From the human T2T-CHM13v2.0 reference genome, Homo sapiens, in the NCBI RefSeq assembly GCF_009914755.1, contig NC_060939.1: a stretch of DNA of 64,000 bases, one strand, 5' to 3'. The notes under the pieces are model-generated. The model made no database searches and had not been told where the DNA came from. It saw only the letters and a program-made list of their open reading frames with translations. Positions 43,247-57,173 of the stretch are shown in pieces. The first letter of the stretch is position 1; each line of letters opens with the position of its first letter. A program made the translations under genes and the position numbers.

Positions 43247-45106
43247 TATGCACATTTGGCCATAAAAAAGGGTAAAATCGTGTCACTTGTAACAACATGA
43301 ATGAGCATAGAGGACACTGTGGTAAGTGAAATAAGCTAACCACGGTAAGACAAATATCACATGATCTCATTCATATGTGAAATCCAAAAACACTGATCTA
43401 ATAGAGAGTAGAAGAGTGGTTACCAGACTGCGAAAGATAGGGAGGAGAGGTTTTAACAATGTGTCATGGATCAACATACCACATTGTACCCCATGTGAAA
43501 TTATCATGTATCCACTTAATAAAAGAAAAGAAAAAAGAAAATGGAAGAGTCAAGATACTGGGTAACTGGAAGAGATAGAAGAGAAGGTGAATTGGCAGTA
43601 AGGAAGAGAGAGTCTGAAAGAGCAGGTCACAGAGTGGAACATTAAAGTTTATAACATTAGAAATCAATTTTTAAGTTATTGAAAAGTTAAGTTTATAGCC
43701 ATAAAAGTGAGTAGCTCAATTGAAGTGAATGTAAAAGTCAATGAAAGATTAAATTAGAAATATATTTCTTGGCATTTAGTAGTTACTTCAGAAATATTAA
43801 TAAATCTTAAGAATACCAATGCATTCATAGTGGGCCATTATCATAATACAAATTTATGTGGTAATATTTTATTTTTTCCAGTGAATGGAGTAATTCAACA
43901 GTCTTGATTATAGGTTAGAAAATGATTTCTCCAGGTGTGACCCACTGACCACATTCATTGTATTTGAATTGCTTGAGCAATTTGTTTCAGGAGAAAATGG
44001 AAAGATTTTAAGATGGACCAACGAAATTACCACTGAGTGTCTTTAATGGAAATCTCAGCCTTGTCTAGAATAACCTGGATTATCTATTTCTATGGGGTCT
44101 CTGTGCCTTTTGTTTTCTTTGTTATTTGCAATTCTGTTAGTTGTAGATTACTGATAGTAATGCAAATATTCTTGTCTATAGACAGGCAAATGATTGATTT
44201 TGGTGGAAGTACAATTAATTTTCCTTTTTCCACCTTCCGTCAAGAAGTCAGTTTTGAACCTATCAAGAAAATTTATTTCAGTGTTCCTTAGTGCCTAGAT
44301 ATGTGTCACTCTTTTAATTTTCCATAAAACTCAGTATAACATCTTACTGGCTCCCTCATTAAACAAATGAGTTAAACAAAAATCTTAGACAATGTTCATT
44401 TTATACTTGTAAGTCATAATTTACCATATATTAAGCAATTTTCCCTTATCATTCCTAAAAATACAGATTCCTATGCCCCATGCTAGACATATTGAATCAA
44501 AATCTCAGGCCTAAGGCACAAGAATTTACATTGTTAGTAAGCTTTTCAAGTGAGTTTTAGGCATACTAAATTGTATTAAACATTACCATTCTAATTCTTT
44601 AAACTTGAATTATTGTATTTATAATTCCATTTTCATCAAAGTAAACTTTTGGTTAGCAGAAACGGTAGAAATCCCCTTATTCAATCAGATTGGGACCAGT
44701 AATAAACAGATTAATCACAAATTTAAGTTAGATGGAGGAATCATAAGAAGTATTAGATGTAAGTCCTTAAAACTTAACTTTAATTTAAAAGACATGTGTA
44801 AACAAATTTGCCAGAATTTTGATGACAAGATCAAAGCCTTGCACGGATTCAGAGTGGAGTTTCTTGTGGAAACTATGCCAATGATATGTTGTCATTGATT
44901 TCTTGTTCACTTTCTGTGAAGACAACTGGGGTAAAGCAATCTGAAATCCTAGATTACACAATTTTTCCCATTTGTTTCTAGTTGTCTTGCCAACAGTTAA
45001 GCTGACAGCAACTGTTGAGTTTCTCATTTTTCCAACATATTTAGTTTATTTCTCAGAGAAACAACAATACTACTCTTGTTATACTCATTTTCTCAGTTTA
45101 CATAAC

Positions 45107-45390
<284 letters not shown>

Positions 45391-45689
45391 AACATAATAT
45401 TTAATTAAATTGCATAACTACAAGAACAAGAACAAATGGCATAAACATATTTAGGAATGAACACAGCTTCCTTTTAGAAACTATACAATTTCTGTGATGG
45501 AAGGAGAAATGTACAGGCATTAAAAGTAGCTCAAAAGCTTTCAGTTTGCAGTGGACATCAGCCAATAAGTTGTACAGGGGTACCAGAAAGTGCTGATTGC
45601 AAATCAGTTAAGTGGAGGTCAGTTAAGGCAGCATCCACTGTATCTTAATTTGTAAAGTGAATGTTCTAAAACTGGGTTCACTTTTGTTA

Positions 45690-45830
45690 TAAAGGAGCAG
45701 ATGCAAACCATACTGTCTCTATAGCAGCCATTCAACTCTACCATTGTAGCAGGAAAGCACCATAGATCCATGGATGTGCTCCAATAAAACTTTATTAAAA
45801 CAGGCAGCTGGTCTGAGGGCCATGTATATA
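45690..45830. mobile_element. MER58-like fragment
   Basis: ttcaactctaccattgtagcaggaaagcaccatag...ccaataaaactttatt. Confidence 0.6.
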
Positions 45831-46097
45831 TCTTGCTGTTTTCATACAATTTTCTAAGTTAGTAGTTCCCTGCCTTTTTAACAATCAAGGATTACTTTTA
45901 ATCCTCTCCTCTGGTTTTATGTTTCAAAAGCATTAAGAAAAACCCACAAAATATATTTATTTTGTAATTTTGGGGGGGTTCTTATTTTACTAATAAGTAA
46001 TCAATGATATATAAAGGCTACCCTTTAGGTCAGTATGAAATAATCAACATTATTAACTCTAATGACTTAGTTCTGGATAGAAATAAAAAGTATTCAG

Positions 46098-46296
46098 ATA
46101 TATATTATATATATATAACATATATATAACATATATATATAACATATATATAACATATATATGATATATATATCATATATATATTACATATATATAACAT
46201 ATATATGATATATATATGATATATATATTATATATATATAACATATATATATCATATATATATATGATATATATATATATCATATATATATAACAT
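46098..46296. repeat. Interrupted (TA)n AT-rich repeat
   Basis: Directly visible; contains internal perfect palindromes. Confidence 0.97.
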
Positions 46297-47294
46297 AAAA
46301 CCTATATAGCTTTTTCTGGTGTAAATATATAATTTTTCGAGATTTTTCAAGTATTAAATAAAACTTTTGGGAATCCTCACACCTGGCTCCCTATGATGAC
46401 ATTCAAGAATTCCTTAGGATTCTGGGAATCTTAGAATGAAAGTCACTGCTCTGTAGGAATGAATGAATGAATGAATAAGAAAGGGAAAGAAGAAGAATGA
46501 GCATGTCCACTAAATGTAAGTTAATCATCAAGGAACGTTTATTTTATTAATAAATTTGTAAACTTTAGGTTGCCAAATCTAACAAGATACCAACATGGCA
46601 TTCATGGTGATCACACCTCTAGTCAAATTTTATTTTAGTTCATTGACTATACTATTAATATCCTGAAATACTCAAAAATTCTGTCTTAATTCTGTGAATA
46701 ATTCACTTATTAATCACCCTATACACTACTTAATGAATGGAATGATGCTTGGAATAAAGATAATTATAGGGCTAAAAGGGTTTTCTCTAGAGGCAGGTTA
46801 TAGGATTTTGTTGTCTGACTGGAATAAGACAAAATTGATCAATATTTTCTGCAACCAGTGGCTTTTGACTTAGTCGTCTATTAGTATCTATCAATAACTA
46901 TAACCTCAGTCCTATTACCTCCATTCTTCTTTTTGCTATCATAAAAATTTGTCCATATTTTTCCTGTTAGATTTATATGTTTCTCCTCTTTTCTTTTCAT
47001 CCAAACAACTGGACATCAACTTAGTACAGATAGTGCAATTGATCCGAACCCTACAGAACTCACTGTTTCCATTTACATAACTTACAAAACTGTCAAGATG
47101 AAATCACTCTCAATTTTTTTAATTCAAAATTTTAATTTCATTTAATCATATTTATTTATTCATTTATTTATTTTGAAAATAATTTTAACTTGTATTTTAC
47201 ATTTACAGGGGTAAATGTGCCAGTTTTTTACATGGATATATCTCATAATGCTGAGTTTTGGGGTATGAATGATCCCATCATCCAGATGCTGATT

Positions 47295-47675
47295 TGGTAT
47301 GGTTTGACTCTGTGTCCCCACCCAAATCTCATGTTGAATTGTAATTCCCAATGTAGGGGGAATGACCTGGTGGGAGGTAATTAGCTCATGAGGGCAGATT
47401 TCCCCCTTGCTGTTCTTAGATGGTAAGTGAGTTCTCATGAGATCTGATGGTTTAAACATATGGCACATCCCCCCTGGCTCACTAGCTCTCCTGCCGCCAT
47501 GGTAGAACGTGCCTTGCTTCCCCCTTCACCTTCTGCCATGATTATAAGTTTCCTGAAGCCTCCCAGCCATGCTTCCTGTACAGCCTGTGGAACTGTGAGT
47601 CAGTTAAACCTCTTTTTTTTATAAATTACCCAGTCTCAGGTAGTTCTATATACCAGTGTGAGAACAGATTAATAC
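47295..47675 (+). mobile_element. MSTA-like solo LTR
   Basis: tggtatggtttgactctgtgtccccacccaaatctc...aaattacccagtctcagg...taataca. Confidence 0.85.
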
Positions 47676-47932
47676 ATTAGCATAGTACCCAATAGTTAGT
47701 TTGTCAAACCTTGCCTTCCTCCTTCTCCCCTCTAGTGTCCCAGTGTTGATTCTTTCCATCTTTATGTCAATAAGTTCCCAGGGTTTAGCTCCCACTTATA
47801 AGTGAGATCATGTGGTATTTCGTTTTGTATTCCTGCATTAATTTACTTAGGATAATGGCCTTCAGCTGCATCCATGTTGCTTCAAGGGACATGATTTTGT
47901 TATTTTTATGGCTGCATAGTATTCCATGGTGT

Positions 47933-48342
47933 GTGAAATGGTTTGGAAGGTGGCCCCTATAAATCTCATGGTGACATGTAATCCTCAGTGTTGGAGGTGG
48001 GGCCTATTAGGAGGTGTTTGGGTCATGGGGGTGGATCTCTCATGGCCTGATGCCATCCTTGTGATAGTGAATTCTTTCAAGATCTGGTTGTGTAAGCGTG
48101 TGTGGTACTTATCCTCACACCCATTCTCTCTTGCTCCTGCTCTGGCCGTATGATGTGCCTACTCCCTGTTTGCCTTCCATCATGAGTAAACGCTCCCTGG
48201 AGACTCCACAGGCACCATGCAGATGCTGTCACCATGCTTCCTGTACAGCCTGCAGAGCTATGAGCCAATTAAATCTCTTTTCCTTACAAATTACACAGTC
48301 TCAGGTATTTCTTCATAGCAATGCAAGAATGGCCTAATAATA
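47933..48342 (+). mobile_element. MSTB-like solo LTR
   Basis: tgaaatggtttgga...gttggaggtggggcct...gcaatgcaagaatggcctaata. Confidence 0.8.
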
Positions 48343-51279
48343 CTGTGTGGATGTACCACATTTTATTGATCCAATCCACTGTTGATGGTCACCTAGGCTG
48401 ACTCCATGTCTTTGCTATTGTGAGTAGTGCTGCGATGAACATGCAAGTGCATATGTCTTTTTGGTAGAATAACTGACTTTCTTTGGGTCATATACCAGTA
48501 ATGGAATTGTTGGCTTGAAAGGTAGTTCTATTTTAAATTCTTTGAGAAATTTCCAAACTGCTTTAAACAGTGGCTGAACTAATTTACATTCACACCAATT
48601 ATGTGTAAATGTTCCAGAGCCTCCCAAGATCTGTTGTTTTTTGATTTTTTAATAGTAGTTATTCTGACTGGTATAGGATGGTATCTCATTTTGGTTTTGA
48701 TTTGCATTTCTCTGATGATTAGTGCTGTTAAGCCTAATCTCTGCCGCCTGAAAACTGGGAAAATACAGTGTCACTTGTCAAAATAAATTGTTTTACTTTG
48801 CTTTAAAAATAATCAATTGAGTAGCATATTTCTTCCAGCAAAATTAAGAAGTAAACATTTAGAAATGTACAGTACCTTGCTGTTAAGTCTTCGCACAAGT
48901 ATACCAATCGAACATAAAGGCCACCTTAAACTTTCATTTGAAATGAAAGACAATTTTTAAGAGGTTAAGGGCTAGTAATTTGTTAAAGTCCTGAAGTTAA
49001 ATCAGCTCCAGTAAATACAAAGACTTTCCTTTAATTAAAGCCTTTTAAATGAACACTTTAAAGCAAAGTTTGTTTCTCCCTCAAATCTTTCCAAAGCCAC
49101 TGTTTACAACTCAGTATATCAAAGAAGGTTTCAGACATGATTATGAAGCTACCTCAACTTACAATGTGCTATTTGCAACGTTAGATGGCTATCATTCTGG
49201 CTTTTCTAACTTTTAGCAACAATAAGCACAACCTTCCCATTTCTCCCCCACCCTGATGACTTACTCCTCTTTGCATTTAATAGATAATTTTTCTCAGAGT
49301 GTTCTTACACATCTTTAACTGTAAATATGACAAAAGCACACAGTATAGTACGTGTGCCACATGTATAAATGTTGTATCTTGTCATACAATTTTCCTTTTA
49401 AAAAAGAAATATTTTATTTTCAAAAAGCAAAGAATCTAGGAATCTTTTCTAGCTGCCAGTCATAAAAACATAAATTCCTGGTTAGATTCCCAAGTTTGTT
49501 TGACCATAAGAAACACTTGTGATACTTGTCAAACACATGTATTCTGAGTCCCATCCATGATCTGAATCAGAATCAGCAGTGAGATGCCTGGGAATACACA
49601 TTTTAAACAAACGTCCACAGTGATTACGATTAGTCAAGCTTGAAAAAAATTTCACTAGGATCTTTATGACTGAATAATCTCACAAACATAGGAAAGTTGC
49701 TGGAGAAAAATATTAGGAGAATTTCACAATGCTGCCTTTGCTGAAAGTGTTTGTTCCCTCCTCCTCTACTCATCAAGACCTGACTGCTTATGTAACTCCC
49801 CCAAACCACCAACACCTGGAAGGAGTTGAAAATGATTTTAATGAAGAAGAAAAGCTCATGTTTAATTTCAAAACTGATGGGGACAATAGAAGGGAGAGGC
49901 ATGAATTTATCTTGATTCTAACACAAAACATTGTATTTGAGTCTACAAACGAAATTGGTTTCATTTTTATTTTTTGTAAGTTTTCGCCAAACTCTACGCA
50001 TATATAGAGGCTGGGCAAGAAAGAAAGAAATCCAGAAATATGGCATATGCCATCCCTTATTTATTTCCCCATGCGACCAGTCAACAGCTTCTTCACCTAG
50101 TCCCTGCTTCAAGCTGACTTTCTGTCTACTTCTCTATCGGAAATGGAGCTTCCCTAAAGACTGCCTCCATGTCAGTTACCCAGAGGGCTTTTTTCCATCT
50201 TGCGCTCCTAAGCTTCTATGATATTAAATATTACCCTTTCTGGAAATTCTCCTTAGCTTGGATTTTATAATTTTACTCTAACTCTGTTTCATTCCTTCTT
50301 TTATAGCCTTTCTTTTCTCTATCCCTTTACTGCAGACATGTTGTAGGGCTTTGTTCTTGACCTTCTGATCTCTCCACATTCTTTCCCTCAGAGCATGTAT
50401 CCATTTTCTTGGTGTCGGCCTTCCTGACTATCTGATTATTACCGCCATATAACGATGTTGGTGATGAGCATAGCTGACATATCCTAGGCATTTTCCATGT
50501 AGGTTATAATGTTATAATAAGCACCCTATACAATTCGTACCATTTAATTCTTCAACCCTAAATGATACTATTACTAACCACATTGTATGAAATGAGGAAA
50601 CTGAGATTTTCATCAAAACCATGGAAAGCAAACGTGAGGAGCTCCTGTGTGTCTCCTTTGTTAATGCCTCTGGGCATCATGGCATGTGGATTGCCGTGGA
50701 ATGGGGATTAGGAAGCACAGCACTGTGAAAACACCAGAAAATATGTTACGATAGCGGGTAAGGACGTTCGTCTCTGCACACTGAGATGGTTTTGTTTCTG
50801 AGTCAGGTTTGAGATGAGCCAATCCTGACTCCATGGTGCCGTCAGGGATCAAGAATTTAATAAGATCTTCACGGATGCTTGGAACCCAACTGGTCTCTGT
50901 TTCCTACTTTAGGGAAAGAGCCACAGCTTGAGTGGGGGTGGTTTTGGGGTCACATACGCGATTAATAATAGCCACTGCTGCAGAGGAATCACCATGGACT
51001 ACTCCTCGTTTCATCCCATGCTCTTGTGATGGATCCCTCTCACCTGTTTACTGATTTCATTCAAATTTTTCAGCGACCACAGGACCCCGACTTGCCTTCT
51101 CTATCCTGGTTCCCATCACTCTGCTTTACAGGCCTGGCCTGCTCACGGCTCCTCACACCAGCGCTGCATGGCTCCCTCCACGCCTCCGCCCTGTTTCCTC
51201 CAGCAGACAAGACTAGCTTCCTCCATCTCTATCGGGCAAAAGCCTGCCCAGCGTTCAAGACCCTCCTCAGATGCCGCCT

Positions 51280-52260
51280 CCACGATTAGGCTTCTTCCTG
51301 ACCCCTGAGCCTGTAACACGCGCCACCATAACTCTCCTCCTCAGCCCACATTCCCACAGCACTCGCGACGTCCGCAGCCCTCAACATGGCGCTTCATTCT
51401 ATTTTAGGGTATTTCCTGCTTGTTTCCCGCACACATAGTCGCGCGAGGCACAGCCCCGACTGACCCGCGAACTAGTGGCCCGCGCTTCCAGACGCGCCGC
51501 CGCAGGCCGGCGAGGGAAGCCTGAGCCGCTTCCCGCCCCCTGGGGGGACCGTCGCCAGCCCGCAGCTCTAGAGGCAGGCGGTTCCACAGCGCGCCCGGCA
51601 GCCCCGCCACCATCAGCACCGGAGCCTCCGGTGGGCTTTCCCCACCTCTAGGAGGCAGGAATCCTCAGGGTCTCCTCTAGAGGGCGCCAGGGAGCAGCTG
51701 AGTGCGGACACCTTTCGGCCCTCTGCAGCCGCCGTAGCTCCCCCGGGAGAAACCTGGAAGTGGAAATCTCAGCCATTCAGCGTTTGCGTGAAGACGAAGG
51801 CGGGTTCTGGGCAGCCGTAGGTTGTCAGGGAGTGTTTACTTCGCCTCCACTTCTGTTCCTCCCCGCCCTGCTGCTGCTCCGGGTCACATACTCGTCCTGA
51901 GCCGGCTTCAGCCTCTACGCGCAGAAGTCTCCCGGAGCCATGGCCGAGTACTCTTCTGTGAAGTCTACCAAGCTTGTGCTCAAGGGAAGCAAGGCGAAGA
52001 GGTGGGTCCTGCAGCTCCGGCGGGAGCCTCCTCTGTTCCTTTCGGACGCACTCCACTTCTGCGAGTCCGGTGGAAGCCGTGGCGCGGAGAGCCAGCTTTG
52101 TGGCCTCCCAGGCTTCACCCTGGCCCCTGTCCGGGCTGGACGGAGGCCGGACCGACGTTCCTGGCGCCTGTGCAGAGAGGGGCAGCCTCCCGCGCAGACG
52201 ACCCTGGAAAAAGGATAGACGGGCGGGTGACCCGTGGCCCTGTACCCATGAGTTTGGGTC
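51280..52260. promoter_or_regulatory. CpG-island promoter of the FRG1 paralog (probably bidirectional)
   Basis: Sharp rise in GC and CpG; GC-box-like cccgcccc near 51532-51539; YY1-like aacatggcg at 51383-51391. Confidence 0.85.
51940..52001 (+). CDS. FRG1: FRG1-like exon 1 coding part (MAEYSSVKSTKLVLKGSKAK..)
   Basis: Kozak gccATGG at 51940; 62 coding nt followed by intact donor GTGGGT at 52002. Confidence 0.9.
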
Positions 52261-53159
52261 GGCTGAGGCATTTCTCCAGGCCTCTGCCTGGTGGGTCTGC
52301 ATTAGTCTCATCTCGTAGTTCATGACGGTAACTTCCTTTATTAGGGATTATTCTTTTCTCCATTGTCTCTTCCTGGAAAAATTACTAATTAATTTCTTCT
52401 AAGCTAATATGTAGAGTGAAACCAGGATGAATCACACAGTGGTTGAGGTGTATATGTTCTTTGATAGGGATATGGGCTCGAAACTGCACTCTGTCATTTA
52501 CTAATTTTGTAATTTGTGGCAAATTGGTTAATATGTCTGAAATTCCATTTACTCATTAAGAGATCAAATATCTTTGAACCTCCGTTTACACATTTATACT
52601 TTCAGACCATTTTTATACCTTTAGAAGACTGTGAGGATTAAATGAGAGAACATATATGCAGTAAATAAATTGAGCCATATGTGAGGAGGAGGTCGTAGTG
52701 GTAATTTATTATTTCTTTAGGAGAAAAATGCCTGTGCACTCATATCCCCGCTTCTTTTTTAACTGGCAGATTTGCCCGAGGTTGACTGTACATACAAATA
52801 TTGAGCATTTCCTCATGGTCTCCGTGATAAACAGAGGTTGTGATATTTTTAGGCGAGGTGGAAAGAAAGTATTAAGGAGTGAGCTGAAGCCACTGCCCTT
52901 GAGAACCCTCTCGAGGAGTCTGGCCTCATGAAGATGCCAGAATAAATGGCAGGTATATCCTGAATGAATGTGAGATTTTTACTCTGTGAATTTCCTGTGA
53001 GGAGTGGTGAGTTATCTTCTGAAAACTTTATGATAAAAATGCAGACAGGAGTGTCTTAAGATTATCGTAATAATCATAATTAATGCTTATATAGCACTTT
53101 CAATGCGCCAAGAAATTGTCGTAGGCACTTTGCACATTAACTTTTTTCAAATCGCTCTT

Positions 53160-53780
53160 GGGTCTTTATTTTTTTATTGCGATGTAATTCATAATTATAA
53201 AATTCACCCTTTTCTACAGTCAGTGGTTTTTAATACATATTCAAGAGGTTTACCACTGTCTAGTTGCTCAGCATTTTCATCATCTCAGAAGGAAATCTCT
53301 TCCTACCCATTAAAGCAGTCACATCCCATCCTCCCCCTCTCCTAGTCCTTGGCAACCACTAGTCTGCTATCTATGTGAAATTGCCTATTCTGAATATTTC
53401 CTAAGAAAACATGCAACATGTGGCCTTTTGTATCTGGCTTCTTTCACTTATAACATTCTTGAGGTCCATCATTGTTGTAGCTCTTGTTCCTTTTTATGGC
53501 TGCATAGTATTCCATTGTATGGAGGTAACATTTTGTTCATCCATTCATCAGTTGATGAACATTTAGGTTGTTTCCCCTTTTTGACTACTGTGACTAATGC
53601 CAGTGTGAGTAGTCTTATGTAAGTATTTTTGTGGGTGTATGTTTTCATTTTCCTTGGGTATACATACTTAGGAGTAAAATAGCTGGGTCATATGGTAACT
53701 CTTAACTTTTTGAGGAACCACAAACTGTTTCCTGTAGATGCTGAACCATTTTACATTTCCACCAGCAATGTGTGAAGATA
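53160..53780 (-). mobile_element. Old L1M 3' fragment in intron 1
   Basis: ggcaaccactagtctgct...tttatggctgcatagtattccattgtatgg...gctgggtcatatggtaactc. Confidence 0.8.
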
Positions 53781-53784
53781 CATA

Positions 53785-53950
53785 TTACCTCTTAATCCTC
53801 ACAATAGCCTTAAGAGTTAAGTTATTATCCTAATTTTTTAAGTCGGGAAACTGACTCACAGAGAGATTCAGTACCTTTTCCAAAAATCACAGAGCTAAGA
53901 AATGACAGAACCAGGATTTAAAATCTGGCAGTGTGGCTCTACAATCTGCT
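53785..53950 (-). mobile_element. MIR fragment
   Basis: ttaatcctcacaatagcct...gggaaactgactcacagagag...aaccaggatttaaaatctggcag. Confidence 0.65.
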
Positions 53951-54150
53951 TTGAACTTTAACATGATATGTACAAAGCCTGAAGCAACTTCTCAGTACTG
54001 TATTTAAGAAGGCATAGCAATGTAAGTCTTCCTAAATCAATAATTTATAAATGCAAAAGCTTAAAAGACTTCCAAGTTTCAATCTTACGATATTTATTTA
54101 TCACACAAATCGATATACCTAAACTCATCTATATAAATTTTGTCCTGTAG

Positions 54151-54217
54151 TAAGAAGAAAATGAGGAAAGATAAGAAGAGAAAAAGAGAAGATGAAGAAA
54201 CCCAGCTTGATATGTTG
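54151..54217 (+). pseudogene. FRG1: FRG1-like exon 2, disrupted
   Basis: Acceptor tcctgtag at 54143-54150; encodes SKKKMRKDKKRKREDEETQLDML; 67 nt versus recalled 71 nt; followed by ATGAGT instead of GTGAGT. Confidence 0.88.
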
Positions 54218-55100
54218 ATGAGTCAGTTTTCAGTGCTTTATTCTGAAAAATGTTAACATTTCTTGAGATCTCATTGAAAATATTTTCCTAGTTAGAAATT
54301 TATGATGTATTCATATTTGTCTTAAAGTGCTTAAATATTACCTACAGTTGTAAATTCCATTTATTCTTTAGCACAGTAGATGCTACTGATGCCTTTACTT
54401 CATTATCAGAACAGAGCACAGGAGAGAAGAATTACAACTCTCTGACTTAGTAGGCACCATTAGACTGCTTAATAGCCAGAGATTCTGATACATAATTTTA
54501 AAGGCTTAATGTAAATATTATTCAACCAAATATATTTTACAAGTTATTTTCTTTGAACATGTATACATTTTAGTTGTAGAAGTCAGTTGTCTCTTAAATG
54601 AAGTATCTTCACAGGAAAAATCATTATTTTGTGAACTCTGAAATGAATGAAAATTTTAAATACAGTATCAGGGTAGCCTGTAAATGATACTAGAAATAAA
54701 CTGACCCAAACACACTTAACCAGCCTGTTTTCCGTTTAGCTGTTTCCATACTTTTTTTTTTCTGTTTTAAAACTTGGCAAGTTGCATTTTGAATCTTGAT
54801 AAATTATGGTAGCTTAAAAATATATAAAATATGGAATAGTATAAAGCTAATGTTCTGGAAGAATCATTGCTTTTGAAATGGCAAATCAACAATTCTAAAA
54901 TTAGGGTATATATCTAGGGTAGACATGTAGATGTGGAATTGCTGTGTCAAAGGATAGGTGAATGTTTAACTATATAAGAAACTGCCAAAAATTTTCTAAA
55001 GTGGTTGTGCCATTTTACCCTCCCACCAAGAATGAATTTGTTCTCCAGTTACATCCTTGCCAAAAGTTGATGGTGTTGTCAGTCTTTTCTCCCAGTCTGA

Positions 55101-55355
<255 letters not shown>

Positions 55356-56597
55356 GAAGCTTTTAATCTTTATAAAGCTTAGTTTATTTCTTTCTTTTAT
55401 GGTTACTACCTTATCTCTTTGATCTAAGAGATCTTTGCTTAACCCAAAGCCAGGAAAATATTCTACGTTGTCTTTTAGAGGCATCATAGTTTTAGTTTTT
55501 ACATTACATCTGTCATTAATCTCAAATTAATTTATGGCATGGTGTGAGTTTGGTTTCAAAATATACTTTTTTTTTTTTAACATCTTGATAGCCATTTGTT
55601 CCAGCACCACTGGTATTACCTTTTTCCATTAATCTAGTTTCGTATCTTCATAAAAAATCAATTATCTTTCTATGTATTGGTCTATTTCTGGACCCTGTTC
55701 TATCGATTGTCTGTTTTTCTTTTGGTATATTTCTCTTGATTGCTATAATTTCATGAAGTCTTGAGATCAGGTAGTGTGTGTCCTCCAACTTTGTACTTAC
55801 TGTTAGTTTATTAATTTCTACAGTGAAGCCTGTTGGATTTTCTCGGAGAATTGTATTGTGTCCAGATCATTTGGGGGAGAATCAACATCTTAATATTGGG
55901 CCTCAATATTTCATGATTTTCAATGTAGCAGTCTTGCATGCCTGTTTAAAAATTTATTCTTAAGTATGGATTTTATAATTTTACACTACTGTCAGTAGAA
56001 CTTTTGAATTTGATTTTCCAGTTGTCTGCTGTCAGTATGTAGATATACAATTGATTTTTGTATAGTGACTTTGTAGTCTCATAAGTCTGTTTCACTTATT
56101 ACTTCTAGTGGTTTGTTTATATAGAATACTAAGAAATTTGCAATTATGTTTCCTGTTCATTTTACTTCTTTCTTTCTAATCCTTGTGCCTTGTCTTGCTT
56201 TTTATTGGTTTATTATACTGCCCAGGACTTCCATAGTGTTGAACATAAGTCACGAGAATGGGCATAATTGCATTGTTTCCAAGCTTAGGCAGAAAGCTTT
56301 CAGTAGTCCACCATATGGTATGGTGTCCGTAGGGTCTACAGAGAAAACCTTTATCAAAATGAGGACATTCCTTTTAAACTTTGTTTCTTGGGAGTTTTTT
56401 TTATCATAACAATGTTTAATGCTGTCAAATGCCTCTTTCTGTGTCTGTTGAGATGATTATACAACTTTCTTCATTCTGCCAATGAATTACATTGGTTTCA
56501 TTTTCAACTTTTAAACTAACTTTACATCCCTGAGATAAACCCCACTTGGTTGTGGTGCGTTGCCTTTTGGGATATTGCTAGAGTTGATTTCTAGGTG

Positions 56598-56629
<32 letters not shown>

Positions 56630-57173
56630 GATTTCTATATTGGTGTTGATGGGAGATATTGAACTTTTGTATCCTTTTCTTGTAATGGCTTTATTTGATT
56701 TTGGTGTCAAGGTGATACTGGGTGTCATAAAATTAGATGGGAAGTGCTGTCTCCTTCCCTGTTTTTGGAAATAGCTGTGTAAGATCGGTATGATTTCTTC
56801 TTTACATGTTTGATAGGATTTACCAGTGAAGTCATCTGAACCTAGAGGGTTTTGTTTGGTTTGGTTTTGATTTTTTGTGGGAGAATTAAGATTTTTTAAG
56901 AGATACTTTCAGATTTTTCTGTTGTCAGTTTTGGTAACTTGTGTCTTTTAGGAAAAATTCATTTCATCCAAGTTGTTGGATTTAGTGGCATAAAATTGTT
57001 CAGAATATTCCTTTAATATCCTTTTAATGTCTGTAGAATCTAATCTGTATTGCAGTCCCTTCATATTGGTAATTTGTGTTTTTTCTATTTTTTCCTGGAT
57101 CAGTCAGTCTAGCTGGAGGTTTATAAATTCCTTATAAGATCATTTATTTTAGATCATTAATGATCTTTTAGTA

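Larger units (their letters stand above)
39205..43540 (+). mobile_element. Old L1 (L1MA-like), ORF2 to 3'UTR
   Basis: Continuous degenerate ORF2 (ctacaagagactc..., ttctttgcagatgacatgat, [14 protein letters not shown]) and 3' tail. Confidence 0.9.
47150..48735 (-). mobile_element. L1PB/L1MA-like 3' fragment, interrupted by two MST LTRs
   Basis: ctcccacttataagtgagatcatg...atggctgcatagtattccatgg...tttgcatttctctgatgattag. Confidence 0.85.

Noticed and set aside
31165-43540. Large inverted repeat formed by two head-to-head old L1s
   Set aside because: The copies look independently inserted, highly diverged and carry different nested elements; no shared TSD seen
51940-52218. 92-aa ORF starting with the FRG1 N-terminus
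   Set aside because: It is read-through past the intact exon 1 donor (52002) into intron 1; only the first 20 codons are FRG1-like
51399-52363. Several overlapping 60-184 aa ORFs on both strands
   Set aside because: Expected stop-codon scarcity in a GC-rich CpG island; no recognisable protein similarity
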